From Candidatus Bathyarchaeota archaeon (lineage in GTDB: Archaea; Thermoproteota; Bathyarchaeia; Bathyarchaeales; Bathycorpusculaceae): a stretch of DNA of 64,000 nucleotides. The first letter of the stretch is position 1; the number at the start of each line of letters is the position of its first letter. Below the pieces are notes generated by a model. The model searched no databases, was not told where the DNA came from, and saw only the letters and a program-made list of their open reading frames with translations. The stretch spans positions 1 to 64,000 of the forward strand of contig CAVYRJ010000007.1 of assembly GCA_963770935.1 (NCBI GenBank), given 5' to 3'. Shown here piece by piece: positions 1 to 9,712 of the stretch. The position numbers and the translations under genes are program-made.

Positions 1-67
1 ATTCCCTTCCATCAGCTGGTTTTTTGAATATTAATCGGCTTATGCTGTAGCCAAAAAAACGTGAAAG

Positions 68-370
68 TTAACCCATTATAGTTGGGTGCGCATCTTCTTC
101 GTTAATGTGATGCATGACGTGTATGGCTAAGCCAGTGGCGGCACCCGCAGAGAGTCCGACAAGAAGATAAGTCAACCAGGTATAACCCCCAACTAGCCCC
201 ACCACTGCCAAAGCATCAAAACCTAACGCAACGGCAAGGTAGCCGACGCACCACATTTTAACGCTCATTCCACGGGGCTTATTGATGCCGATGCCGCCAA
301 GCATACCCAACATTATTAGGAAACCAACTAAAGCGTAAACTAGGTTTAAGTTTAAATCCACAGGATTCAC
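68..370 (-). CDS. Small multi-pass membrane protein, unknown function
   Basis: 100-aa ORF with about 3 hydrophobic segments and a His-rich tail (HVMHH). Confidence 0.6.
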   Translation of the reverse strand: MNPVDLNLNLVYALVGFLIMLGMLGGIGINKPRGMSVKMWCVGYLAVALGFDALAVVGLVGGYTWLTYLLVGLSAGAATGLAIHVMHHINEEDAHPTIMG

Positions 371-510
371 CCATATAGCTGGAGCTATTTCGTCTTGAAG
401 TTAATTAGTTTATCGAAACCCCAAACTGCTTGAAGATTCGTATAACTTAGACAAATCAAATACCGCTAACCTTTTTTACTATCAATAGGGAATCTTTAAG
501 CCTCAAGGGT

Positions 511-1341
511 GTGGATGCATTAACAAACTTTGACGTTAGGCAGTGCCATAAATGGGCTCAGCTCTTAATTAGCCGCAGACAAAAACTCAATGAAGCCCTT
601 GCCGCCATTGAAAAGCAAGATTTTGATCTGGCGACAAAGTTATTTAACCAAATTTTCACAGGTCTACCAAGTGGTAAACAAGCCGACCCAGGTATGGCTG
701 GATCCCTTTTGTACCATATGGCTATGGTTACTAAGATGGAGTCAGAAACCCACGTGATCCTGAAAGAGTTGAATAAGAAATTGCCTAATGTTTCAGTACA
801 ACTAATCAAGGTTTATGGCGATTTTGAGTCTGACGCCAAAGAACTGACCAAAGAATCGGTTCCCAGCATGAATTTTCAGGGAATCACATCTAGGCCAAGA
901 TTAAACTCCGAAGAAAAAATTGCTCTTTTTAACAAACTAAAACAAAAAAACAGAAAAGTGGAAGCTATGGTAAACAGCAAAGATCCCAAGACTGGCAAAG
1001 CACTTGAGAGACTGTTTGAGACATGGGCAGAGCAAATCGTTAGTATGCGGCTTATACAAGAATACGAAACAATCAAGGGTCTACTTGTTACAGCCGAATT
1101 AGCTAAAATCATAGGTGTTACAGCACTAGAGGAAGCGATGGCGCGAGTGCAGGACAAGTTCGGCCAAGAAACCGTAAGCATCGCCCTTGATGTAACGCTA
1201 AAAGTTGGCATGCGCCGAGAAAAATTGCAGTCAGTCATGCTAAGCGACCACTTCATCAACATGGCAATGAGTAACGAAACTCTCGATGGTCACATGGAGT
1301 TTCTGAACTGCCCCATTTTTGGAAGCCACAGTTATACCTGA
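511..1341 (+). CDS. Helical protein, probably the N-terminal part of a frameshifted fusion with the downstream radical SAM
   Basis: Ends FLNCPIFGSHSY; the overlapping frame continues EKYGVDDKVSALFCRHFC, giving a V4R/ATC-hydrolase-like Cys pattern across the junction near 1335-1345. Confidence 0.55.
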   Translation: MDALTNFDVRQCHKWAQLLISRRQKLNEALAAIEKQDFDLATKLFNQIFTGLPSGKQADPGMAGSLLYHMAMVTKMESETHVILKELNKKLPNVSVQLIKVYGDFESDAKELTKESVPSMNFQGITSRPRLNSEEKIALFNKLKQKNRKVEAMVNSKDPKTGKALERLFETWAEQIVSMRLIQEYETIKGLLVTAELAKIIGVTALEEAMARVQDKFGQETVSIALDVTLKVGMRREKLQSVMLSDHFINMAMSNETLDGHMEFLNCPIFGSHSYT

Positions 1342-2590
1342 TGAAAAGTACGGTGTAGACGACAAGGTTTCGGCGTTGTTCTGTCGGCATTTCTGTTTTG
1401 CCCACGCCAAAGCGATGCTTGACACAGTTTTGCCCTTCCCGTTCACGTTATGGCAGCCTAAACTGATAGGTTCCGATGGCAACTGCGAATTCTACCTCAA
1501 ACTAGCTCATTCTCCTCAAGCAAAGGAAGCGGAACCATTTGTTCCATTAGTCATGTCCTGGAATGTCACCCGTGAGTGCAACATGAAATGTAGCCACTGC
1601 TACATCAATGCTACTGAGGGGAAACTTGCAAATGAACTCACCACTGAAGAAGCAAAAAAACTCATGGATCAAATATGCGAGGTCAGCAAGCCTCTTCTTA
1701 TTCTCAGCGGCGGGGAACCTTTGCTGCGATCCGACATTTTTGAGCTTATTAAATATGGGGTCTCGAAAGGTTTGAAGATGGGGTTAGGAAGCAACGGAAG
1801 CTTAATTGACGAATTGGTGGCAAAGAAACTAAAAGACTCAGGCATAGCAACTGTTTCCATCAGTTTAGACTCCAATATTCCAACTCAGCACGATGAGTTC
1901 AGGGGAGTCGGGGGAGCCTGGGTAAAAGCAGTTAATGCCTGCAAAGCCCTCAGAAAAAACAATGTGCTTGTTCAAGTTAACACAACTTTAACCCATCAAA
2001 ACTATAACCAAATAGACGAGATAATGTCACTAGCTGAAGGCTTAGGCGTAGAAAACTTCCACCTGTTTTTCCTTGTGCCAACTGGACGTGGCACCAAACT
2101 AACAGATATTTCACCTCAAAAATACGAGGATATGATAACCAACACATTTGCAAAAGTTGCAAAACACAGACTAAACGTGAGACCTTCTTGTGCGCCACAG
2201 TTCATGCGTATCGCCAAAGGCATGGGCTTAGATATGAGGCAGTGGATTCGCGGCTGCATTGCAGGTTTATATTATTGTCGCATTTACCCCAATGGAGATG
2301 TCACACCCTGCCCTTATTTACCTGTAAAGCTTGGGAATGTACGAGAAAAAAGCTTCAAGGAAATCTGGTTTGGCTCACCGATATTCAAAGCTCTGCGAGA
2401 CCCCAATTCTTTGAAGGGAAAATGTGGTGCATGTGAATTCCGCTCGTTATGCGGCGGTTGTAGAGCACGTGCATATGGGCTTTCAAGCGATTTCATTGAT
2501 TACTGCGGTGATTTGCATGAGCCTGTGGAGTTGAAAAAGGAGTACTTGACTGAGGATCCTTGGTGTACCTATCAACCAAAGAATCTTTAA
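1319..2590 (+). CDS. Radical SAM/SPASM protein, AhbC/AhbD/NirJ-like
   Basis: CNMKCSHC motif, SGGEPLLR, SPASM cysteines (CIAG..C..GDVTPC; KCGAC...CGGCRARAY; DPWC). Confidence 0.85.
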   Translation: MEATVIPDEKYGVDDKVSALFCRHFCFAHAKAMLDTVLPFPFTLWQPKLIGSDGNCEFYLKLAHSPQAKEAEPFVPLVMSWNVTRECNMKCSHCYINATEGKLANELTTEEAKKLMDQICEVSKPLLILSGGEPLLRSDIFELIKYGVSKGLKMGLGSNGSLIDELVAKKLKDSGIATVSISLDSNIPTQHDEFRGVGGAWVKAVNACKALRKNNVLVQVNTTLTHQNYNQIDEIMSLAEGLGVENFHLFFLVPTGRGTKLTDISPQKYEDMITNTFAKVAKHRLNVRPSCAPQFMRIAKGMGLDMRQWIRGCIAGLYYCRIYPNGDVTPCPYLPVKLGNVREKSFKEIWFGSPIFKALRDPNSLKGKCGACEFRSLCGGCRARAYGLSSDFIDYCGDLHEPVELKKEYLTEDPWCTYQPKNL

Positions 2591-2748
2591 GCAATATTTT
2601 TTCTTCTTTCAAAAACTTTAAAGCAATTTGCTTTTCTAACCACGCATGAGCTGTGGAAAAATTTGCAATCTGAACCAGAGATACACTAAAACTATAAGGA
2701 AGTAATGAGTATAACATACAGAGTAAGCTATCGTAATAATTAGTACAC

Positions 2749-3114
2749 ATGGGGAAAAAACAAATGCTAACATGCCAAAACCCTACATGCAGAAAAAACT
2801 TTACTGCCCCCCTTAAAACTTTGAATCTACAAGAAAACCCATCTGAGACATATTTTGCATGCCCTTTCTGCCTAACTGAAATAAAAATAGTTGAGGAAGC
2901 GCCGCTTAATGCAGAGGAAAAAATTAAGGAAGCAGAAGAACCAAAAATAATGCAACCTGAAGTTAAAGAAAAAACTAAAACAGGCGAAAAACCCGCTGGA
3001 TGCCAATACCACCCTGGATATTTAAGTGAGCGCTCTTCGAAAGAACAGATTCCTGACGAATGCCTCATCTGCAAAGACATCGTAGATTGCATGCTAAAGA
3101 AGATGCATGAATAA
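2749..3114 (+). CDS. Small Cys-rich, probably zinc-binding protein
   Basis: CQNPTC...CPFC, charged linker, CQYHPGYL...PDECLIC...CM. Confidence 0.65.
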   Translation: MGKKQMLTCQNPTCRKNFTAPLKTLNLQENPSETYFACPFCLTEIKIVEEAPLNAEEKIKEAEEPKIMQPEVKEKTKTGEKPAGCQYHPGYLSERSSKEQIPDECLICKDIVDCMLKKMHE

Positions 3115-3200
3115 CAGCAGTTTTTTTGCTACCGTTAGACTATAACAATTAAAAAGTAAAAAAACTGAAAAGGAGTATTATAAGAAAAGGTTGAAGTAAG

Positions 3201-3563
3201 TTACTTCTTTTTCTTTGCAGCTGATTTTTCTTCGGTGGCTGCTGATTCTGATGCGGCTGCGGGTTCTTCAGCTTTTGGCTCTTCTTTCTTCTCTTCGATT
3301 TCGGTTGTGATTTCTTCAATTGGTTTTGGAGGCGGGGTTGTTGCCATTGTCCAGCCTATCCATGCGCCAATGAACAGTATAGCTACGAATGCTACAAATA
3401 CTGGCACAGCTATTAGCCAGAATCTGACTTCTACAGTTGAGCCTATATTTAGCCATGGTTGGATTAGTTGTTGATAACCGAATAGTGCAACTAAGTAAAG
3501 TACAGCTACGACTACACAAACTAGTAAAATTGCTCCACCTATTGCTTGATCTTTGCTAACCAT
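3201..3563 (-). CDS. Conserved archaeal two-TM protein with acidic tail
   Basis: Two hydrophobic helices, IGWTMATTPPPKPIEE motif, GGTGA Shine-Dalgarno upstream. Confidence 0.75.
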   Translation of the reverse strand: MVSKDQAIGGAILLVCVVVAVLYLVALFGYQQLIQPWLNIGSTVEVRFWLIAVPVFVAFVAILFIGAWIGWTMATTPPPKPIEEITTEIEEKKEEPKAEEPAAASESAATEEKSAAKKKK

Positions 3564-3641
3564 TTAGTGATTCACCACTTTATAGCCATGTATTAACTTA
3601 AACAATTTAAAGTTTGCCATGTTTTTCAAGCACTCGATTGA

Positions 3642-4904
3642 TTAAGTAGTACCCATTTCCCAAGTTGAAAGGTACTTTTTCTGCTCAGCGGTAAGTTCAT
3701 CGATTGCTATACCCATGCTCTTTAGTTTTAGCTCAGCAACTTTCTCATCGATCTCTTTTGGAACGGTATAGACTTTGGTTTGCAGTTTTGACGCTTTAGC
3801 TATGAATTCGGAGCATAGGGCTTGGTTTGCAAAGGACATATCCATGACCTCAGATGGGTGACCTTCTGCTGCGGCTAAATTGACTAGTCTGCCTTCGGCC
3901 AAAAGGTAGAGGTGTCGGTCATCTTCCAAAGTGTACTCTTCCATGTTTGGTCGCATCGTGCGTTTGGCTTTAGAGAGTGATTCAAGTTCTGGAATGTTTA
4001 TTTCTACATTAAAGTGCCCACTGTTGCACATGATGGCTCCCTCCTTCATCTTTTGCATATGCTCTTTACGTATGACATTGATGTCACCTGTGGCTGTGAC
4101 GAAAAAGTCTCCGATGGGAGCCGCTTCAGCCATTGGCATAACCCGATAACCGTCCATGACTGCTTCCAGTGCGCGGGTTGGTTGAACTTCTGTCACTATT
4201 ACATTGGCGCCTAAGCCTTTTGCGCGCATAGCTATGCCTCTGCTACACCATCCGTATCCGCCGACAACAAAGTTTTTGCCTGCAAGCAACACTGAGGTTG
4301 CCCGAAGAATACCGTCAATGGTGCTTTGTCCTGTTCCATAGCGGTTATCAAAGAGGTATTTAGTGTATGCGTCGTTAACGGCTATGATGGGGTATTTGAG
4401 GCTGCCATCCTGTTCCATGGCTTTTAGGCGGACTACACCAGTGGATGTTTCTTCGGTTCCACCTATGATGTCTTCAATTTGGTTTTGGCGTTTGCTGTGA
4501 AGCATACCAACTACATCTGCGCCGTCATCCATCGTCAGGGTTGGTTTGAAGTCAAGGACTTTATCTATGCATTTGTAATAGTCCTCTGTATTTTGCCCTC
4601 TCCAAGCGAATACATGAACGCCGCTGTCTGCTAATGCTGCGGCGACGTCGTCTTGGGTTGATAGAGGGTTTGAGCCGCATAATGCGACTTTAGCGCCTCC
4701 GGCAATGAGTACCTTGACAAGAACTGCGGTTTCTTTGGTAACGTGCAGGCACGCGCCTATCGTCTGACTATGGAGTGTTTTTTCTTTTTCAAATCGCGTT
4801 TTAATTATGTTTAAGACGGGCATGTGTTTTGCTGCCCATTCAATCTGTAAGTGACCTTGAGGTGCTAAACTTTTGTCTTTAACTTGGAATTCTTCCATGA
4901 GCAT
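3642..4904 (-). CDS. ahcY: Adenosylhomocysteinase
   Basis: [42 protein letters not shown] motifs. Confidence 0.97.
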   Translation of the reverse strand: MLMEEFQVKDKSLAPQGHLQIEWAAKHMPVLNIIKTRFEKEKTLHSQTIGACLHVTKETAVLVKVLIAGGAKVALCGSNPLSTQDDVAAALADSGVHVFAWRGQNTEDYYKCIDKVLDFKPTLTMDDGADVVGMLHSKRQNQIEDIIGGTEETSTGVVRLKAMEQDGSLKYPIIAVNDAYTKYLFDNRYGTGQSTIDGILRATSVLLAGKNFVVGGYGWCSRGIAMRAKGLGANVIVTEVQPTRALEAVMDGYRVMPMAEAAPIGDFFVTATGDINVIRKEHMQKMKEGAIMCNSGHFNVEINIPELESLSKAKRTMRPNMEEYTLEDDRHLYLLAEGRLVNLAAAEGHPSEVMDMSFANQALCSEFIAKASKLQTKVYTVPKEIDEKVAELKLKSMGIAIDELTAEQKKYLSTWEMGTT

Positions 4905-5035
4905 TCCTTCTTTTTAGGAAGAGTGTGCGTTCTACCTATTTAGAATTTGCTTTGATGATACATGAAAGCCGCGAATGTTCTCTCGAAAAAGTTTAATTAT
5001 CCAAAGTCAAGAGCTACTTGTGAGAAGGATAGAGA

Positions 5036-5641
5036 ATGAAAGAACCCTTTGCCTCATTTATCAAAAAAGAACTGAACCCAAGAACTTTATTGATAACATG
5101 CGGGTTGCCTGCAAGCTACAAAACAGAAACCTCAGAGCATGTTTCCAAAATTATGGTGTACACTATCCTTCGCAGCGACTTGATTCGTCTGGAAGTCCTT
5201 AAGAACGAGGATATTTTTGACGCGAAGGTTGCTGGAAACATGAACAAGCGCTTATCAGTCTATGATGAATTGTTCCGACGAGCAGACGAACTTGCCGCAA
5301 AGGGTAAAGGAGGATTAATCTTGGATGCTACTTTTGTCACACAAGAACTTCGTAGACGAGCGGCTGAGATAGCAGCAAAAAACAACCTGACTTTCGTTAT
5401 CCTACAAACCAGTTGTCCCCAAGAAGTGTCAATCGCTAGAATTAAAAAGCGAACTAAAGAAAAATATGAGTCAAACGCCCTGACAGAAGAAGCTTATCTT
5501 GCCAACAAAAATAAGTTTGAACGCGTTGACTTAGACGACTTAAAGAATAAATATCCAACTCTCAAGGTGACACATTTGATGGTTGACACATGTTATGACG
5601 ACACAGACCGTTGGTTTGTAATTGGGATGGAGAAAAGGTAA
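5036..5641 (+). CDS. AAA_33 (COG0645) P-loop kinase
   Basis: GLPASYKT Walker A variant, LRSDLIR, ILDATF motifs. Confidence 0.8.
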   Translation: MKEPFASFIKKELNPRTLLITCGLPASYKTETSEHVSKIMVYTILRSDLIRLEVLKNEDIFDAKVAGNMNKRLSVYDELFRRADELAAKGKGGLILDATFVTQELRRRAAEIAAKNNLTFVILQTSCPQEVSIARIKKRTKEKYESNALTEEAYLANKNKFERVDLDDLKNKYPTLKVTHLMVDTCYDDTDRWFVIGMEKR

Positions 5642-5651
5642 CGCATATAAG

Positions 5652-6518
5652 ATGAAAATTGATTTACACGTCCACTCGAAAAGTTCAGATGGAAAATTTA
5701 CTGTCCCAGAGATTCTTAATGAAGCTAAAGCCAGAAACATCGAATTCTTATCGATCACAGATCATGACTCCATCAGCTGCCAGCATCACGCCATCATACT
5801 GGCAAAAAGAGAGGCCATAAGATACCTCGCAGGCGTCGAGTTGAATGTGACTTTTTCTCACCCAAAATTTCAAGCAGGTAAAACGGTCTCACTGGACTTC
5901 TTGGGCTACCAATTCGACCCCGAAAACAAGGCTCTGGAGAGAAAACTAGAGACAATGGCAAAATACCGAGAAGAAAGGGCAGCCAAAATCCTCGACAACC
6001 TCAACTCTGAATTCCAAAAAGAACAAATTGCCGTCTTAACCAAAGATGATTTGGCAAGAATTGAAGAATCAGTTGACGGAGTTCTCGGCAGACCTCACAT
6101 AGCTGACTATTTGGTTAAGAAGGGAATCGTTAAAACCCGTCAAGAAGCCTTCGACAAATATCTCGTAAAATGTGACGCCCCAAAATTCCCACTCCAACTG
6201 GAAGAAGCATCAAAACTCATTCGAGACGCAGGCGGAAAACTGGTGCTAGCACACCCAAACGATCCAAACGGGACTTCTCTGACATCGCTAACTAAATCGC
6301 TATCAGAACAAACAGAAATTATCAGAGAAAAAATGTTGCCCTTCATTAATGGCGTTGAATGCTGGCACTCAAGAAACACCCCAGAAACAACAAACCATTA
6401 CGTTGCCTTCGCAACAGAGGAGGGGTTAATTATGACCGGGGGCAGCGATTGTCACCAAAAACCAATCAGGATGGGTACAGTTCAGACTCCCGATTGGGCA
6501 GTGAACCAATTCAAGTGA
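5652..6518 (+). CDS. PHP-domain phosphoesterase (YciV/TrpH-like)
   Basis: DLHVHSKSSDG, ITDHD, GRPHIA, LAHP, GGSDCH. Confidence 0.9.
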   Translation: MKIDLHVHSKSSDGKFTVPEILNEAKARNIEFLSITDHDSISCQHHAIILAKREAIRYLAGVELNVTFSHPKFQAGKTVSLDFLGYQFDPENKALERKLETMAKYREERAAKILDNLNSEFQKEQIAVLTKDDLARIEESVDGVLGRPHIADYLVKKGIVKTRQEAFDKYLVKCDAPKFPLQLEEASKLIRDAGGKLVLAHPNDPNGTSLTSLTKSLSEQTEIIREKMLPFINGVECWHSRNTPETTNHYVAFATEEGLIMTGGSDCHQKPIRMGTVQTPDWAVNQFK

Positions 6519-6529
6519 AAATGAAGTTT

Positions 6530-7537
6530 TTAGAGTTTTTTGGCGTATTCGGCGGCTAGTTTGAAGTAAGCTTGGGCTTCTTTGGTTGCAGATGCTTTTT
6601 CTTGAGGGGCTATGTTTGGGTCGTCAAGTCTGAAACTGATTACTTTGCCACGTACATATGCCCGATAACATTTGTAGAAAGGAAGAACCGTTGTTAGCTT
6701 TTGGTCTTTGGAGTACTCCAGGTATTTTTCTATGAAGTGATTTGCGAGGTCAGGTCTCTGTTGAAAGTCAAGGTCCATAGCCAAGAATGCTACGTCTGCA
6801 GCGACATCGGAGTATCGAAAGCGGTCATTGAATTCTATTGCGTCAAAAATGCAGATCTTGTCAGTGATGAAAATGTTTCCTGAATGAAGATCGCCGTGGC
6901 AGTCTCGGATTCGTTTGTCAGCTATTCTGCTTTCAAAAAGCTCTGGGTTATTCGATACGAAATTGTTGATTTTGGCTTGGACGAACTGAAAGTCTTGTTG
7001 TGGAATTGTTTGATTTTTGTATTTTATGGTTTGAGTAAAGTTTTCGTCCCAATTAGTCTTTATTATCTTTAGGGAACCGAACTCGTTAATTTTAGGGTTT
7101 GTCTGTGCCTTTGAATGGAACTGAGCAACTATTCCTGCTATTTCATCAATCGCTTTTTTGTCCACCTTGTTTTCTTTGAGGAGCACCGTCATTATTCTTT
7201 CTTGGGGCAGACGCTTCATTTTTAAAGCATATTCGATTGTTTCTCCCGTACCTTTTATTTTGATCTTGTTTGATTTGTTGATGGGGACGACCTCGATGTA
7301 TATTTCTGGGCAAAGGCGCCTGTTTAGCGCTAATTCTTTCTCACAGAAAATACGTCTTTTTTCAAGCGTAGAAAAGTCTAGAAAGCCAAAGTTTACGGCT
7401 TTTTTTACTTTATAAACATAATCTTTCGTTAAGAATACAAAGGAGATATGGGTTTGGATTAGTTCAATTTTGTCCGAATCTTGGGGATACGCTTCTACAG
7501 TAAGCAGGGCAGCTACCACTTGTTTTTGAGCTTGCAT
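6530..7537 (-). CDS. Aminoglycoside-phosphotransferase-like kinase (COG2187)
   Basis: QTHISFVFL, YKVKKAVNFGFLDF, CHGDLHSGNI, FDAIEFN, YRAYVRGKV. Confidence 0.85.
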   Translation of the reverse strand: MQAQKQVVAALLTVEAYPQDSDKIELIQTHISFVFLTKDYVYKVKKAVNFGFLDFSTLEKRRIFCEKELALNRRLCPEIYIEVVPINKSNKIKIKGTGETIEYALKMKRLPQERIMTVLLKENKVDKKAIDEIAGIVAQFHSKAQTNPKINEFGSLKIIKTNWDENFTQTIKYKNQTIPQQDFQFVQAKINNFVSNNPELFESRIADKRIRDCHGDLHSGNIFITDKICIFDAIEFNDRFRYSDVAADVAFLAMDLDFQQRPDLANHFIEKYLEYSKDQKLTTVLPFYKCYRAYVRGKVISFRLDDPNIAPQEKASATKEAQAYFKLAAEYAKKL

Positions 7538-7773
7538 GCGGATTTCTCCTTTGTTGAATATTGGTTTGAATTGGCCACCAATAAATATAGGGGTAACTGT
7601 TTATATGCGGTACAATTTATTTGGCAATTCTATTTTTGGCTAGCTTTATATTCTACTCATCTAAGAGAGTTTGGGATAAAAAGTGGAAACCGACAAGTCA
7701 GAGTACCTAAAGAAGGCACTTTTGAACAGTGGTATTTCCAGCGATGTGGCTGAAAAAATAATTGCACATTATA

Positions 7774-8397
7774 TTAAAAAAGTTGAAAGTTATTAACGTA
7801 ATCCAAGACCTTGTCAGCCTGCTCCTTAGAAATATGCTTCCTCTTATAGAGTGAGTCCACAATTTCTGAGATTTTTGTTAAGGCATTCACTTGATAACCC
7901 AGTTTTTCTAGTTTCTCTTTCCCACCATGCTCCCGATTCACCACAACCAATATGTGTTTGACGTTGGCGCCTAGTTCGTGGAGGGGTTTTACGCCTTCAA
8001 CTTTGGATAAACCTTCGCTTATGACATCGTCAAAGAAGAGTACATTGTCCCCTATTGTTACCTCTGCACCCGTAATTCTGCCTGTGACGCCATAGGTTTT
8101 ATCTTCTTTCCTGACTATAATACAGGGAAGGTCCAAGTTGCAGGCGATGCTTGGTGCAATTAAAGCACCTTTTAGCTCTATTGAGGCTAATTTGTCAATC
8201 CGCTCAGTTGTCATTATCTCTCTAATTTTTTCAGACGCGACTTCTGCAATGGCACAAAGTTGCTTTGGCGTAGAAAGAACACGGGCAAGATCGATGTAAT
8301 AGGGGCTTATGGCACCGGACTTGATTTTGAACGAGCCAAATTTTAAGCATCCGGATAAGTAAAGAGCATCAGCCACTTTATCAGTAATTGTTGGCAT
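7774..8397 (-). CDS. pyrE: Orotate phosphoribosyltransferase
   Basis: FGSFKIKSGAISPYYID, VRKEDKTYG, PRPP-binding FFDDVISEG. Confidence 0.85.
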   Translation of the reverse strand: MPTITDKVADALYLSGCLKFGSFKIKSGAISPYYIDLARVLSTPKQLCAIAEVASEKIREIMTTERIDKLASIELKGALIAPSIACNLDLPCIIVRKEDKTYGVTGRITGAEVTIGDNVLFFDDVISEGLSKVEGVKPLHELGANVKHILVVVNREHGGKEKLEKLGYQVNALTKISEIVDSLYKRKHISKEQADKVLDYVNNFQLF

Positions 8398-8481
8398 TTG
8401 AGGTATTCCCTAATTTGAATGTGAACTTGCAAATTTAACCCTTTACCAAGAAAAAAGGCTCAAAAAAAGAGTTCAAAAAGA

Positions 8482-9465
8482 TTACACAACCAAATCAGCC
8501 ATGTCTACACTTCGCTCGTAAATCTGCCTAAGAAAAGATGCTGCAGTTAAAATCTGCGGCATCAAATCAACTGATGATTCTTTTGCAACTATCTCAACTT
8601 TTGAGTAGGTAGCTTCGATTTTTCCTTGCAGGTTACGTACATTCTCTGCCAATGAGATATCTTTAGTTAAGAAGGATTTTATTGCTTGCTCATCAGCATC
8701 ATAACACGTGGATTGAAGTTCAATCAACAACTTGCGTATTTCCTCAGGTAATTTTACGTTGTTGAGCAAGATAGTGTTTGAAGCCAATTGAACGCATGCA
8801 TCACCTATGCCTTCGATTAAGCTTGCAGCCAAACGGAAATCTAAGCATTCTATCGGAGTAATGCCAATCTTCTCGCTTAGCCGTGGATTCTGAATAATGG
8901 TACGCAAAATCCTAACTAACAAGAAATAAAATTTATTGTTCTCTACGTCTCTTTCGATAACGTTTTTAGCCAGATCTATATCTCCATTAACAAATGAGTT
9001 AGCGGCATCACGAATCATTCTTGCAGCACTAGCATGATTTCGCTGCAAAATTTTTTCAGGAGACGTAAAAGGCTGTTGCTGCATCAAGCACTGCAGGGAA
9101 ATCATTGAAGGGGTTTCCTCAACTATCATTAAGCCAGCCAAGGAGTTAGCAGTTAATTTAACAAGGCTTCTTACGTTAGATTCAATGCGTTCCTTTGCGT
9201 CTATACGGATTATATCGAAGCCAAGCAGGTAACGACCAACAATTTCACGTCCTAAAAAAGGACCTACATTCAAAGAAGCCACTCTGGGCTGTTGTTCAAC
9301 ATCATATTTGGAATCAACAAGAAGTTTGCCATCAGCTGTGACTTCCAAATTAACCAAACTACCCTTCTGTAAACCATTCTTTTGAGCCCAGTCTTTTGGA
9401 ACACAAACAAAGAAAGTGCCAGTTGGCGTTTGTTGAACCTTGCGTAAATCACCCATATTGGACAC
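8482..9465 (-). CDS. AbrB-PhoU phosphate uptake regulator
   Basis: N-terminal RKVQ...FFVCVPKDW AbrB domain followed by two PhoU-like repeats. Confidence 0.88.
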   Translation of the reverse strand: MSNMGDLRKVQQTPTGTFFVCVPKDWAQKNGLQKGSLVNLEVTADGKLLVDSKYDVEQQPRVASLNVGPFLGREIVGRYLLGFDIIRIDAKERIESNVRSLVKLTANSLAGLMIVEETPSMISLQCLMQQQPFTSPEKILQRNHASAARMIRDAANSFVNGDIDLAKNVIERDVENNKFYFLLVRILRTIIQNPRLSEKIGITPIECLDFRLAASLIEGIGDACVQLASNTILLNNVKLPEEIRKLLIELQSTCYDADEQAIKSFLTKDISLAENVRNLQGKIEATYSKVEIVAKESSVDLMPQILTAASFLRQIYERSVDMADLVV

Positions 9466-9712
9466 CTGAGCAAGATATAAGGTATTTAAACTAAGGGTTG
9501 CTTATATAAATTAACTTGATTTTAACTAACTTTAGGTTCCAATATACAATCATTCAATTACCTCCAAATAGGAAAAGCAATTTTGCCGAAAAAGCTCATC
9601 AGGCCTCCCTACAATAACTACCCTAACAAATGAAAAACAGTAAATAACTCAAGAGCATAACTGCCTAACATCAAAAACTCAATATTTAATCATAGGTCAA
9701 GGCAAGTACTCG

